Positions 48,742-59,100 of a stretch of 64,000 nucleotides of DNA are shown here, piece by piece. The notes beneath the pieces were generated by a model. The model saw only the letters and a program-made list of their open reading frames with translations, did no database searches and was not told where the DNA came from. The number at the start of each line of letters is the position of its first letter. Position 1 is the stretch's first letter. Both the position numbers and the translations under genes were made by a program. The DNA comes from an uncultured Actinomycetota bacterium (lineage in GTDB: Bacteria; Actinomycetota; Actinomycetes; JAFAQI01), in NCBI GenBank assembly GCA_963770565.1, contig CAVYQE010000006.1, positions 96,001-160,000 of the forward strand. The letters are read 5' to 3'.

Positions 48742-49422
48742 TACGTGTGCGGCCGCAACGCGACCAATCGCCTCGCGAGCTACCCGCTCCTCAGTCGTCA
48801 GGGCGATCGGGTAGTCCGCCGAGAAGAACGTGAGGACCACTGCGGTGTTGCCGACGCGAACGAACACGACATCGGTGTAGATGGGATCGTTGTTGATACC
48901 GCCAAAAATAAGCTCCGTCAGCCGGAGCGCGACCGAGTCGCTGCCCATCGAGGGAAATGTCAGCCGGCTGCCCTCGTTCGGACTGACCACTCGCGCTTTC
49001 GTCCTCAGTACCTTGGCGGCTTTTGCAAGACAGCCGGGTGCGGTCGGCTGATGAAGAAGTGCGAAAGACTGCTCTTGGAGTCTGCTCGTTGCCACTATGA
49101 CGGCCTCGTCGATGGCTTCCAGTGCGCCGGTCGATGGGACGAACGTCGGATCGATCGCAATAACGGAGTCACTCGTGTCCCGGTTCGCCAGCAGTCCGGC
49201 TGGTGCGCGCAGACAGCTCGCGAGTGGGACCAGGAACGCAGCGTCGGGCCTACGCTCCGCGGCCTTGCGGCTCACCTGCCAGCCAGGGGGAAGGTCGCCG
49301 ACCTGGAGCAGAGCGCTGTGTGCCGCGGTCCGTGCTGCCGCTACCGGAAACGCTGACGTGCCGCCGCTGTGACAACCGCTGAGAAGGAGCGCGCAAGCAA
49401 GGGCAACGGCGCTGGTCCTCAT
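48730..49422 (-). CDS. Hypothetical lipoprotein
   Basis: Lipobox LLLSGC; ALLQVGDLPPGW motif; DVVFVRVGN strand near the C-terminus. Confidence 0.7.
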   Translation of the reverse strand: MRTSAVALACALLLSGCHSGGTSAFPVAAARTAAHSALLQVGDLPPGWQVSRKAAERRPDAAFLVPLASCLRAPAGLLANRDTSDSVIAIDPTFVPSTGALEAIDEAVIVATSRLQEQSFALLHQPTAPGCLAKAAKVLRTKARVVSPNEGSRLTFPSMGSDSVALRLTELIFGGINNDPIYTDVVFVRVGNTAVVLTFFSADYPIALTTEERVAREAIGRVAAAHVAPA

Positions 49423-49478
49423 GTGGCCCCCCACGTCGCCGACCCGCGACGGGAAGCTATCGGCTCAGTGCGGTCGCG

Positions 49479-49525
49479 GCGGCCGGTTGGCTGTCAAAGA
49501 GCGCAGCGAGACGGCCATGATCTTG
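49479..49525. repeat. Degenerate family-B hairpin
   Basis: 40-nt GCGGCC...GGCCAT followed by GATCTTG, the same tail as 36131-36142. Confidence 0.5.
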
Positions 49526-49526
49526 G

Positions 49527-50399
49527 TCAGAGGCGGTAGGTGCGGGTTGCAGTGTTGACGAAGAGGTCGGTGCGCTCGGTGGGCGACAGGTCGGCGGCGA
49601 TTTCGCGGTAGGCGGCGATCAGGCGGGGGTAGTCGCCGAAGAGGCTGTCGATCGGCCAGTTGGTGCCGAGCATGCAACGCTCGGTGCCGAAAGCATCGAC
49701 GCAGCCGAGGAACCACGGCCGGATGCTTGCGACCGACCAGTCCGGATCGGCGCCGCTCGCCAGCGCCGAGATCTTGCACACGATGTTCGGCTCGCGGGCG
49801 AGGTCGCCGATCGCCATCCGCCAGCGGCTGAGGTATTCGGCGTCCCGGGCGACCGGAAGGCCGGCATGGCCGAGGATCACGGTCGTGCCGAGGTTGCCAC
49901 GGGCGAGGTCGCGGACGTGCCCGTAGTTCGGCCAGGGCGTCATCACCTCGATCGGCACGCCGAGAGCCGCGACCGCGTTGAAGCCGCGGATCACCTCCGG
50001 CTGGTCGAGCCGCTCTCCGGCCGGCAGGTCCCGCACACCGCGGAAGATCGGTACGTCGAGATGCCGCCGGGCGGTGTCTGCGGCGTCCGGCGACGCGAGG
50101 TCGACATAACCGATCGCAGCGTTCGGCCAGCCGGTGGTTTCGTACAGGTCTTGCATCCACCGCGTTTCGATGACCGGGTCGGCTGCTTTCGCGGCCTGGA
50201 TGTGCACCACCTTCGTGACATCGCAACCGGCGCTGTCGCGGCGCAGCTCCTCGACCACGTAGTGGTCAGTGGCGATCTCGGGAAGGCGGCCGAGCCGCGG
50301 GTGCGAGAAGCCGGGTTCGAGCCAGGCCCAGCTGAGGCCCTCCACGCTGCGGTCCCAGAAATGCACGTGGGTATCGATCAGTGCTTCCTGATCGTCCAT
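49527..50399 (-). CDS. Amidohydrolase_2 family protein, sugar-lactonase (L-fuconolactonase)-like
   Basis: [20 protein letters not shown] and [13 protein letters not shown] motifs. Confidence 0.88.
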   Translation of the reverse strand: MDDQEALIDTHVHFWDRSVEGLSWAWLEPGFSHPRLGRLPEIATDHYVVEELRRDSAGCDVTKVVHIQAAKAADPVIETRWMQDLYETTGWPNAAIGYVDLASPDAADTARRHLDVPIFRGVRDLPAGERLDQPEVIRGFNAVAALGVPIEVMTPWPNYGHVRDLARGNLGTTVILGHAGLPVARDAEYLSRWRMAIGDLAREPNIVCKISALASGADPDWSVASIRPWFLGCVDAFGTERCMLGTNWPIDSLFGDYPRLIAAYREIAADLSPTERTDLFVNTATRTYRL

Positions 50400-50404
50400 G
50401 GAGC

Positions 50405-50422
50405 AAAAGAGTATCCTCCTTT
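50405..50422. promoter_or_regulatory. Putative operator 14
   Basis: AAA-AG-AGTATCCT-CC-TTT between the divergent lactonase-like gene and the ALDH operon. Confidence 0.65.
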
Positions 50423-50464
50423 TCTCGACGAGCTCTGCTCTCGAAGCCCGCGAAGGGGGCCGGT

Positions 50465-51892
50465 GTGATCGTCCGCAACGAGCTGTTCATCGACGGCAAG
50501 TGGGTCCCGAGCACCGGCGCCGAGACGATCGATGTGATCAACCCGGCCACCGAGGAGGTCTGCGGCCAGGTCCCCGACGGCACGGTCGAGGACGTGGATC
50601 GGGCCGTCCTTGCCGCGCGACTCGCCTTCGACAGCTGGTCGCAACTGCCGGTCGCCGAACGCTGCGACCACCTGCGCGCGCTGCAGGAAGCCCTCGCCGC
50701 CCGGCAGGAGGACATCGCGGTCACGATCGCGACCGAGATGGGCGCGCCGATCGCGATGGCGCGGGCCGTGCAGCTCGGCTTGCCGCTCGCCGTCCTCGGC
50801 AGCTATCTCGCGATGTTGCCCGACTACGAGTTCGAGTCCGAGGTACGCAACTCGCTGATCCTGCGCGAGCCGGTCGGCGTGGTCGGTGCGATCACGCCGT
50901 GGAACTACCCGCTGCATCAGCTCATGTGCAAGGTCGCGCCGGCGCTCGGCGCGGGCTGCACCGTGGTCGCGAAGCCGAGCGAGGTCGCGCCGCTGTCGGC
51001 GTTCATGTTCGCCGAAGCAGTCGAAGCCGCCGGCCTGCCGCCGGGCGTGTTCAACCTCGTGTCCGGCACCGGAATGGCGGTCGGCGAGCCGATGGCCCGG
51101 CACCCCGAGATCGACATGATTTCGCTGACCGGCTCGGTGCGGGCCGGCCGGCGGGTGAGCGAGCTCGGCGCCGCCACGATCAAACGGGTAACCCTCGAGC
51201 TCGGCGGGAAGTCGGCCTGCGTCGTCCTCCCCGACGTCGACGGCGAGGTCCTCGACAGCGCGATCGAGTCGGCGCTCTACAACGCGTACTACAACACCGG
51301 TCAGACCTGCTCGGCCTGGACCCGGCTCCTGGTCAGCGCGGATCGTCATGACGAGATCGCCGAGCGGGTAGGAGCGGCCGCCCAGTCCTACCGGGTCGGC
51401 GATCCGTTCGACGAGCAGACCACGCTCGGCCCGCTCGCGTCGCAGGCGCAGCTGAGTCGCGTCCGCGGCTACATCGAGTCCGGCGTATCAGCCGGCGCGC
51501 GGCTGGTCTGCGGCGGCACCGACGCCCCCGAAGGGCTCGGTACGGGCTACTACGTCCAACCGACCGTCTTTGCCGACGTACGACCGGACGCGACGATTGC
51601 ACAGGAGGAGATCTTCGGCCCGGTCCTGTCGGTCATCGCCTACCGCGACGAGGACCAGGCGGCCGAGATCGCCAACGGCACTAGTTATGGTCTGTCGGGC
51701 GGAGTGTGGTCGAGCGATCCGGATCGCGCGAAGGCGTTTGCCCGCCGATTGCGGACCGGCCAGGTCGCGGTCAACGGCGGGAGGTACAACGTGCTCGCGC
51801 CGTTCGGTGGCTACAAGCAGTCCGGGCATGGACGCGAGCTCGGCACGTTCGGTCTGGAGGAATACCTCGAGGTGAAGTCGCTGCAATGCTGA
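50465..51892 (+). CDS. Aldehyde dehydrogenase
   Basis: ITPWNYP, KPSE, LELGGKS, GQTCSA, EEIFGPV and [12 protein letters not shown] motifs. Confidence 0.95.
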   Translation: MIVRNELFIDGKWVPSTGAETIDVINPATEEVCGQVPDGTVEDVDRAVLAARLAFDSWSQLPVAERCDHLRALQEALAARQEDIAVTIATEMGAPIAMARAVQLGLPLAVLGSYLAMLPDYEFESEVRNSLILREPVGVVGAITPWNYPLHQLMCKVAPALGAGCTVVAKPSEVAPLSAFMFAEAVEAAGLPPGVFNLVSGTGMAVGEPMARHPEIDMISLTGSVRAGRRVSELGAATIKRVTLELGGKSACVVLPDVDGEVLDSAIESALYNAYYNTGQTCSAWTRLLVSADRHDEIAERVGAAAQSYRVGDPFDEQTTLGPLASQAQLSRVRGYIESGVSAGARLVCGGTDAPEGLGTGYYVQPTVFADVRPDATIAQEEIFGPVLSVIAYRDEDQAAEIANGTSYGLSGGVWSSDPDRAKAFARRLRTGQVAVNGGRYNVLAPFGGYKQSGHGRELGTFGLEEYLEVKSLQC

Positions 51893-51916
51893 CGCCCCGA
51901 CCCGACCGACGCCGAG

Positions 51917-53428
51917 GTGGCAATGCCTGAGGACTCTCGGCCGGAGACCTTGCTCGATCTGCTCGCGCGTCGCGACGACCATCCGGCGCTGATCGACCCG
52001 ACGTCCGGAGCTGTTCTGACGTACGCCGGACTGCATGCGCAGATCCGCGCGGTCGCTGCACAGCTCGCCGGAGTCGGTGTCCGAGCCGGCGACCGGGTGG
52101 CGATCAGCCTGGCGAACGGGCCGGCGCTGGTCGTCACGGTGCTGGCGATCACCGCGTTGGGAGCAGCGGTCGCACCGATCAACCCGGCGCTGTCCGAGGC
52201 AGAGATGCGCGCGGAGATCGAGGACCTCGGCGTCTCGGTCATGGTGCACGGCGCGCCGGCGTCCGAGGCGGCGAGGGCGGCGGCCGCGGCGGCCGGTGTC
52301 TCTGCCTGGGCGATGTCTGCCGACGCCGACGGCGGGGTCGTCATCGAGGGGGCGGCGGCTGCCGATTCGGTCGAGTTGGTGAGTGACCCGGAGTCGCTGG
52401 CACTCCTGCTGCACACGAGCGGGACGACGAGCCGACCGAAGACCGTCCCGTTGCGGCAGCGCAACCTTGCCTATAGCGCGCGCACGATCGTCGAGTCATA
52501 CGGGCTCGGGCCGGACGACGTCAGCTATTGCGTGATGCCGCTGTTCCACATCCACGGCCTGGTCGCGGCGACCCTCGCCGCCCTCGCGGCCGGTGGGACG
52601 GTCGTCGTACCACCGAAGTTCAGTGCGACGACGTTCTGGGACGACGTGCACACCTTCGGTGCGACCTGGTACACCGCCGTCCCCACGATTCATCTTGTCG
52701 TCGTCAATACCTGCGCGGACGGGCGGCAGAACGGCCACCACCTTCGCTTCGTGCGCTCGTGCTCGTCGACCCTGCCGCCCCCGCTGTGGCGACGGTTCGA
52801 GGCGGCGGTCGGCGTCCCGCTGGTCGAGGCCTACGGCATGACGGAGGCGGCGCACCAGATGACGTCGAACCCGCTGCCACCCGGTGACCGGCGGGCCGGA
52901 TCGGTGGGCGTCGCGACCGGGATCGAAGTCGGCGTTCTCGACGAGCAGTGGCAACCGGTAGCGGCCGGGGAGAGCGGCGAAGTCTGCGTGCGGGGTCGGT
53001 CGATCGTCGATGGTTACCTCGACAACCCCGAGGCCAACGTCGCCGGCTTCCGGGATGGCTGGTTCCGCACCGGCGATGTCGGCACGTTGAGCCCGGACGG
53101 GTACCTGACGCTGGTCGGGCGGATCAAGGAGCTGATCAACCGCGCCGGGGAGAAGATCTCGCCGTACGAGGTCGAAGCCGTGTTGCTCGAGCATCCCGCG
53201 ATCAGCGAGGCGGCAGCTTATCCGCAGCCGGACGAGAAGTACGGCGAGCAGGTCGCGGCCGTCGTCGTTGCGACCGCCGACGTCACTGAGGCCGATCTGA
53301 TCAAGCATTGCGCGGATCGAATGGTGGCCTTCAAGGTGCCGGTCGCGATCGCGGTCAGGCGGGAGATCCCTAAAGGCCCGACCGGCAAGATCCAGCGGCG
53401 GGCGCTTGCGTCCCTGGTCGACACGTGA
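51917..53428 (+). CDS. Acyl-CoA synthetase, oxalate-CoA ligase (AAE3/Pcs60/Oxs)-like
   Basis: LHTSGTTSRPKTVPL, MPLFHIHGL, WYTAVPTIH, RSCSS, EAYGMTEAAHQMTSNPLPP and TGKIQRR motifs. Confidence 0.8.
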   Translation: MAMPEDSRPETLLDLLARRDDHPALIDPTSGAVLTYAGLHAQIRAVAAQLAGVGVRAGDRVAISLANGPALVVTVLAITALGAAVAPINPALSEAEMRAEIEDLGVSVMVHGAPASEAARAAAAAAGVSAWAMSADADGGVVIEGAAAADSVELVSDPESLALLLHTSGTTSRPKTVPLRQRNLAYSARTIVESYGLGPDDVSYCVMPLFHIHGLVAATLAALAAGGTVVVPPKFSATTFWDDVHTFGATWYTAVPTIHLVVVNTCADGRQNGHHLRFVRSCSSTLPPPLWRRFEAAVGVPLVEAYGMTEAAHQMTSNPLPPGDRRAGSVGVATGIEVGVLDEQWQPVAAGESGEVCVRGRSIVDGYLDNPEANVAGFRDGWFRTGDVGTLSPDGYLTLVGRIKELINRAGEKISPYEVEAVLLEHPAISEAAAYPQPDEKYGEQVAAVVVATADVTEADLIKHCADRMVAFKVPVAIAVRREIPKGPTGKIQRRALASLVDT

Positions 53429-54396
53429 GAATCGCCGTCGTCGGCGCGGGAGCGATCGGTGCATATGTCGGCGCCGCCCTGTCGCGCGGTGGCGCGGATG
53501 TCCACCTGGTCGCGCGCGGTCCGCACCTCGAGGCGATGGCCCGTGACGGCGTCGTCGTGCTCAGCGAGCGGGGCGACTTCACGGCTCACCCCGAGGTCAC
53601 CGACGACCCGGCCAAGATCGGTCCGGTCGACCTCATCTTCCTTGGCCTCAAGGCATACTCGTACGCCGCCGCTGGTCCGCTGCTCGACCCGCTGATGCAC
53701 GAGCAGACCGCGGTGGTCGCGGCGCAGAACGGCATCCCGTGGTGGTACTTCCACGGCATCGAGGGCCCACTGGCCGGCACCCGGATCGAGACGATCGACC
53801 CCGGCGGCGCGGTGTCCGACGTCATTGCGCCCGAGCGGGCGATCGGCTGTGTCGTCTACAGCTCGACCACGATCGAGCGACCGGGCGTGATCAGGCACGA
53901 GGAGGGCACCCGGTTCTCGATCGGCGAGCCGGACGGTTCGACGAGTCAGCGTTGCGCGGACTTCAGCGCGGCCATGATTGCCGGCGGCCTGAAGTGCCCG
54001 GTCGAGCCCGACCTCCGGCCGGACATCTGGCTCAAGCTGATGGGCAACATCTCGTTCAACCCGTTGAGCGCGCTGACCGGCGCGACGATGGTGCAGATCG
54101 CGCGGCACCCGCAGGCGCGGGAGCTCGTGGTCGCGATGATGGAGGAGACGCTGGCAATCTCGCGGGCGGTCGGCGCGGAGCCGACGATCTCGATCGAGCG
54201 CCGGCTCGAGGGTGCGGAGCGGGTCGGCGACCACAAGACGTCGATGCTCATCGATCTCGAAGCAGGCAAGCCACTCGAGCTCGATGTGATCATGGCTGCA
54301 CCGATCGAGATCGCCGGTCTCATCGGGGTCGACGTGCCGTCCCTGACCGCGGTGTACGCCGCGATCCGGCTGTTGGCCGACCAGAGGGGGCAGTAG
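53425..54396 (+). CDS. panE: 2-dehydropantoate 2-reductase family protein (PanE2/oxalyl-CoA reductase-like)
   Basis: GAGAIG, QNGIPWWYF, IWLKLMGN..FNP and HKTSMLIDLEAGKPLE motifs; GTGA-coupled to the ligase. Confidence 0.85.
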   Translation: MRIAVVGAGAIGAYVGAALSRGGADVHLVARGPHLEAMARDGVVVLSERGDFTAHPEVTDDPAKIGPVDLIFLGLKAYSYAAAGPLLDPLMHEQTAVVAAQNGIPWWYFHGIEGPLAGTRIETIDPGGAVSDVIAPERAIGCVVYSSTTIERPGVIRHEEGTRFSIGEPDGSTSQRCADFSAAMIAGGLKCPVEPDLRPDIWLKLMGNISFNPLSALTGATMVQIARHPQARELVVAMMEETLAISRAVGAEPTISIERRLEGAERVGDHKTSMLIDLEAGKPLELDVIMAAPIEIAGLIGVDVPSLTAVYAAIRLLADQRGQ

Positions 54397-54399
54397 GCG

Positions 54400-54822
54400 A
54401 TGACCGAACCGGCCGCGTCCGGTGTGGGGCGAGTCCCGCTGGTGGACTACCTCGTGCTCGACCCCGAGCCGCACTTGGTGGCCAACGAGTGCGCGAAATG
54501 CGGCGCGCGGTATTTCGATCGCCGCAATGCCTGTGCCAACTGCGGCGGGATCGAGTTCACGGTCACGTCGATCGCGACCCACGGCGAGGTGCGGACCTTC
54601 ACGATCGTGTCGATGGCTGCGCCCGGCATCGACGTACCGTTTGTGGCGGCGGTCGTGGAGTGCGACGGCACGCAGGTGCGCGCCAACCTGATCAACGTGC
54701 CGCCGGATCCGGAGCACGTGCACCTCGGGATGGCGGTACAGCTCGCGACGTACTCGCTGGGGATCGACGACGGCGGCGTCGAAGCGATCGGCTTCGGCTT
54801 CGAGCCGGAGAGCGCAGCGTGA
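54400..54822 (+). CDS. Zn-ribbon OB-fold (DUF35) protein
   Basis: CAKC...CANC followed by OB-fold strands; directly upstream of the thiolase. Confidence 0.9.
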   Translation: MTEPAASGVGRVPLVDYLVLDPEPHLVANECAKCGARYFDRRNACANCGGIEFTVTSIATHGEVRTFTIVSMAAPGIDVPFVAAVVECDGTQVRANLINVPPDPEHVHLGMAVQLATYSLGIDDGGVEAIGFGFEPESAA

Positions 54823-54876
54823 GGTCAATGGAACGGGCGAAAGCAGGATCGGGCTTAGGCAAGGGAGATCGACGAG

Positions 54877-56073
54877 ATGGCTGACGACGTGTGGATCCTC
54901 GGGATCACGATGACCAAGTTCGGCAAGCACCGGGACCGCGACGCGGTCGACCTTGCGGCCGAGGCCGCGACCGGCGCACTTGCCGACGCCGGCGTCACGA
55001 TGGCCGACATCGGCGTCCTCGCGGCCGGGACCCTGCGAAGCGGAGCGGGCATCGGCCAGCAGCTGCAGAAGCAGATCGGGCAGACCGGCATCCCGGTCTA
55101 CAACGTCACCAACGCATGCGCGACCGGCGCGACCGCGCTGCGGACCGCGATCATGGCGATCAAGGCGGGCGAGGCGGACTACGGCCTCGCCTTCGGCGTC
55201 GAGAAGCTGTCCGGGGTCGGGCTGCTCGCGGGCGCCCAACGGGCCGAGACCTCGACCTGGGAGCCGGCCGGCCGGTACGGCGCGGTAGCCGCGCTCGACG
55301 GCCGGGTCGGCACCGAGACGATGCCCGGTGTCTTCGCCCAGATCGGGATGGAGTACGGCCACCTGTACGGCGGGGCGAGCTTCGAGCTGTTCGCGCGGAT
55401 CGCCGAGAAGAACCACGCGCACTCGACCCTGAATCCGCTCGCGACGTATCAGAAGCGGATGTCGCTCGAAGAGATCATGGGCGACGTGATGATCGCCTAC
55501 CCGAACACTCGCTCGATGTGCTCGGCGAACTGCGACGGCGCCGCGGCGGCGGTCGTCGTGAGCGACGCGAAGCTGAAGACGCTGTCGCTCGAGCAGCGCC
55601 GACGGGCGGTGAAGGTCGCGGCGTCGGTGCTGACCAGCGACCCCTGGCAGGACGCCTGCCAGGTGTTGCCCGACGTCAACACGCTGACCAGGCAGGCGGC
55701 GGCCAAAGCGTACGAGCAGGCCGGCATCGGCCCGGCGGATCTCGACCTGGTCGAGTTGCACGACTGCTTCGCGACTGCGGAGCTCGTGCACTACGACAAC
55801 CTCGGGTTGTGCGAGCCCGGTGGGGCGGTCGACTTCTTCTCCTCCGGTGCGCCGTGGCGCGACGGGCGGATGCCGGTGAACGTCTCGGGCGGGCTCGAGT
55901 CGAAGGGCCACCCGATCGCCGCGACCGGGATCGCGAACATCTGGGAGGTGGCGACGCATCTGCGCGGCGAGGCCGGCGACCGGCAGATCGAGGGCGCCAA
56001 GGTGGGCCTGGCTCACGTCATCGGCCTTGGGTCGTCCTGCGGCGTGCACGTGCTGGAGAAGGCCGCCGCGTAA
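54877..56073 (+). CDS. SCP-x type thiolase family protein
   Basis: NACATG, DGAAAVV, ELHDCF and SGGLESKGHPIAATG motifs. Confidence 0.92.
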   Translation: MADDVWILGITMTKFGKHRDRDAVDLAAEAATGALADAGVTMADIGVLAAGTLRSGAGIGQQLQKQIGQTGIPVYNVTNACATGATALRTAIMAIKAGEADYGLAFGVEKLSGVGLLAGAQRAETSTWEPAGRYGAVAALDGRVGTETMPGVFAQIGMEYGHLYGGASFELFARIAEKNHAHSTLNPLATYQKRMSLEEIMGDVMIAYPNTRSMCSANCDGAAAAVVVSDAKLKTLSLEQRRRAVKVAASVLTSDPWQDACQVLPDVNTLTRQAAAKAYEQAGIGPADLDLVELHDCFATAELVHYDNLGLCEPGGAVDFFSSGAPWRDGRMPVNVSGGLESKGHPIAATGIANIWEVATHLRGEAGDRQIEGAKVGLAHVIGLGSSCGVHVLEKAAA

Positions 56074-56103
56074 ATCCGCCACCGGGACCTTTGCCTAGGC
56101 ACT

Positions 56104-56166
56104 GTGACAATTAGCCTAAAAGTCACCGGTCGGCTTATTGTCACGAGCGCACAAGGCGCCTAGGTT
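56104..56166 (+). promoter_or_regulatory. Inverted repeat and probable leaderless promoter of the giant-gene operon
   Basis: GTGACAATTAGCC (56104-56116) and GGCTTATTGTCAC (56132-56144) match 12/13; TAGGTT at 56161-56166 lies 6 nt before ATG 56173; no SD. Confidence 0.55.
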
Positions 56167-56172
56167 GCCGAC

Positions 56173-59100
56173 ATGGCCGAAGGTCACGGGGGGACCGACC
56201 GGACCTTTTCGCGTCGGTCCTTCATCGTTTACAGCGCGGGCGCCGTCGGGGTGGTCGCCTACGGCGACGGAGTTCGCCCGACCGAGGATCGGCTCGGGCG
56301 ATTCGTTCCCGACGCGATCGCGACACCGAAGCCGAACTTCGCGCTGATCATGCGGCGGGCCTCGGACCAGTGTGTCCTGACGCTCGGCTTCTGGAACATG
56401 ACCGCCGACTTCACCAAGTCGCCGCCCGTGGTGAAGTCGCTCAACACGGCCAAGACCAACTACCTCACGGTGAGCTTCGGCGTCGTCGGAGCTGACTTCG
56501 CCGCTGACCTGTCCTCGCCCGCGCCGCAGAACATCGCCGAGCAGGCGTTCCCGCTGGTGGCCAGTGGGCTCAAGAGCCAGACCGGCGGGCACAAGCCGCC
56601 GGCGTCGTCCAAGGCGGTCGGCGACCCGGCAGTCGATGCGCGGGTGTCCGGCGGGTCGCAACTCGCCTTCATCGTGCCGAACAGCGCGGTCGAGCCCGGC
56701 GCGACGTCGCCGCTGACCCTCGACGCCGACACCCTGCTGAGCTGGATCAACTACGAGCTGTCCGTCGTACCGGTTGCGCTCCCGCCATTGACCGCGATGA
56801 GCCAGGGGCCGAGCAACTTCAAGGGCCTCAAAGCTCCCTCGCCGACCCAGACCGCGATCGAAATGCCCTACCGGGTCGTGCTGTCGCCACCGGCCATTGC
56901 AGCCGAGGGCATTCAGTTCGGTGGTTCGCGCGCGACGACGGTGTTCGTGAACGCGACCGAGCCGGTGACCCACAACGGCTGGACCGAGCTCTGGCACACC
57001 AGAATGGCGGCCAAGCACGAGATCCTCGTCGTGCCCGATGCGCGGCGCGACGCCGATCCCGACATCATCATCGGGACGTACGAGACGATCGTCGACGAGA
57101 CCGACCGTGCCCTGATGACGGTTCGCGCGGTGTGGTGCACCGACCTGTCGTTCCCCGGCGACCTCGTCAAGGACCTCAGCGAGCCGAAGCAGGACGCCCC
57201 CAAGTTCACGACGTCGCTCGCCTACGAGGACCGGTACGACATCGTCCGGCTCTCGTCGGACTTCACCAAGTCGCCGAAGGGCCCGTTCGGCCGGAAAGGT
57301 ACGTCGACCACCGGCCGGGAGCTGACCACACCGTTCATCCCCTCGCCCGCGACGGTCGACCGTTTGATGCTGACGTCACTCGGTGGCTGGCTGGAAAGCG
57401 ATGCGCACTGGAACCTGCCGAAACAAGCGGTACCGCGGACGAAGAAGGGCAAGCCGCCGCCGAAGATCTACAACTCGTCGCTGCTGTCGTGGCGCCATCG
57501 CGCGGTGCAGGGGCGGGACAGTTACGTGCGGGTGGTCCGCAAGGGTTATCTGTTCCCGTGGGGTCACCTCGCCTCGCTGGTCAAGATCACCGAGCGGGAG
57601 ATCGCCGACAAGAACGGCCACCCTGGCGCCTACTTGAGGCAGAAGGTCTTCATCGTCATCTCGAACCCGGTGAAGAACTACGGGTTCTCCGGCGACTTCG
57701 CGCCGCACGCCGGTCACGGCATGCCGTTCAGCTCGGTCGAGGCGCTCACGCTGGTCTCGCCCGACATCGAGGAGGGCAAGAAGCCACCCGAGGCGTACAC
57801 CTCGCACCAGCACGGCAACGTCGAGCTGTGCTTCCAGCCCGACCTCGGCGACCACAAGCCGTTCCTGTTCCACTTCCGCGGCACCGACTGGGCCGGTGCG
57901 CCGATCGACTTCCACTCCCCGGTGGTCTGGGTGGACGACACCGTTGCCTACGGCGACGGCAACGCCAACCACGAGTTCATGAAGGCGCTGCTCAAGAAGT
58001 GGCACGACAACAACCCGACCATCACGCTCGACAACCAGCGGGTGAGCGTCGCCCCCCCGAGCAACCCGAACGCACCGAGTAACACCCAGCAGGTGCTGTC
58101 CAGCTTCAAGCTCGACGCGGTCTCACCGACGAGCGGTACGTCGGCACAGAGCCTGATCAACGCCAGCCAGCCCGCGTTCTATCCGTTCCTGCGCGAGATG
58201 ACGGTCAGCTCACCCGAGGCCGAGGCCGCGTCCGGCAAGGCGATCGGTGGATCGGTCCTCGAATACAACTCGACCAACTATCTCAACCACAGCGGGTTCA
58301 ACAAATCGAAGAACCCCGGTGGGATCTACCTCAGCCGGGTGTCCGGGGCCAAGCGGCAGGCCATCACTTTCAAGTCCGATCACTCCGGTGGCTCGATCAC
58401 ACCGAACATCGGCATCGACGGCATGTCGCGGGCGGTCGGCCCGGTCTCCGGCAATATCAACGACCTTGCGAAGGGCAAGTTCGAGCCGAAGGAGGTCTTC
58501 CCGACCTCCGGCCCGAATGCGATCAACGCGAAGCTGCTCGGCGGGATCCAGCTGGCGACCATCCTCCAGTCGGTCCCTTTCGGCGAGGACGCGGACAACT
58601 CCTCGACCTTCACGATCATGACGCAGGAGCTGCAGAGCCCGCACCGGATCGTCACGACGGTCGACTGGCACCCGCCGATTCAGTCGGGCGGACCGCCCGG
58701 CGCGGACGACCTGTTCGACCCGACCGGCGACACCGACAACTCGATGGACCTGCACGCGGTGCTGGTCACCTCACTCGACCCGAGCCATCCGTCGACCTCG
58801 ACCGTGACCGGGCAGATCCTCGACTTCGACCTGAACCTCTACGGCACGGACGAGTCGACGTACTTCATCCAGATCCCGTTCGACAGCCTGACCTTCCGGT
58901 CCAAGACCGGCCAGAAGACCGACGTCCAGGTGCAGGTCAACGCCGACGGTGTCGCGTTCAAGGGCCCGCTGAGCTTCGTGCAGGACCTCGCGAGCTACCT
59001 CAGCTTCGACGGCAGCGGGCTCACGATCAGCACGGCTGGCTCGGCGATCACCGCCGACCTGACGCTGGCGATCCCGAACATCACCTGCGGGGTCTTCGCG

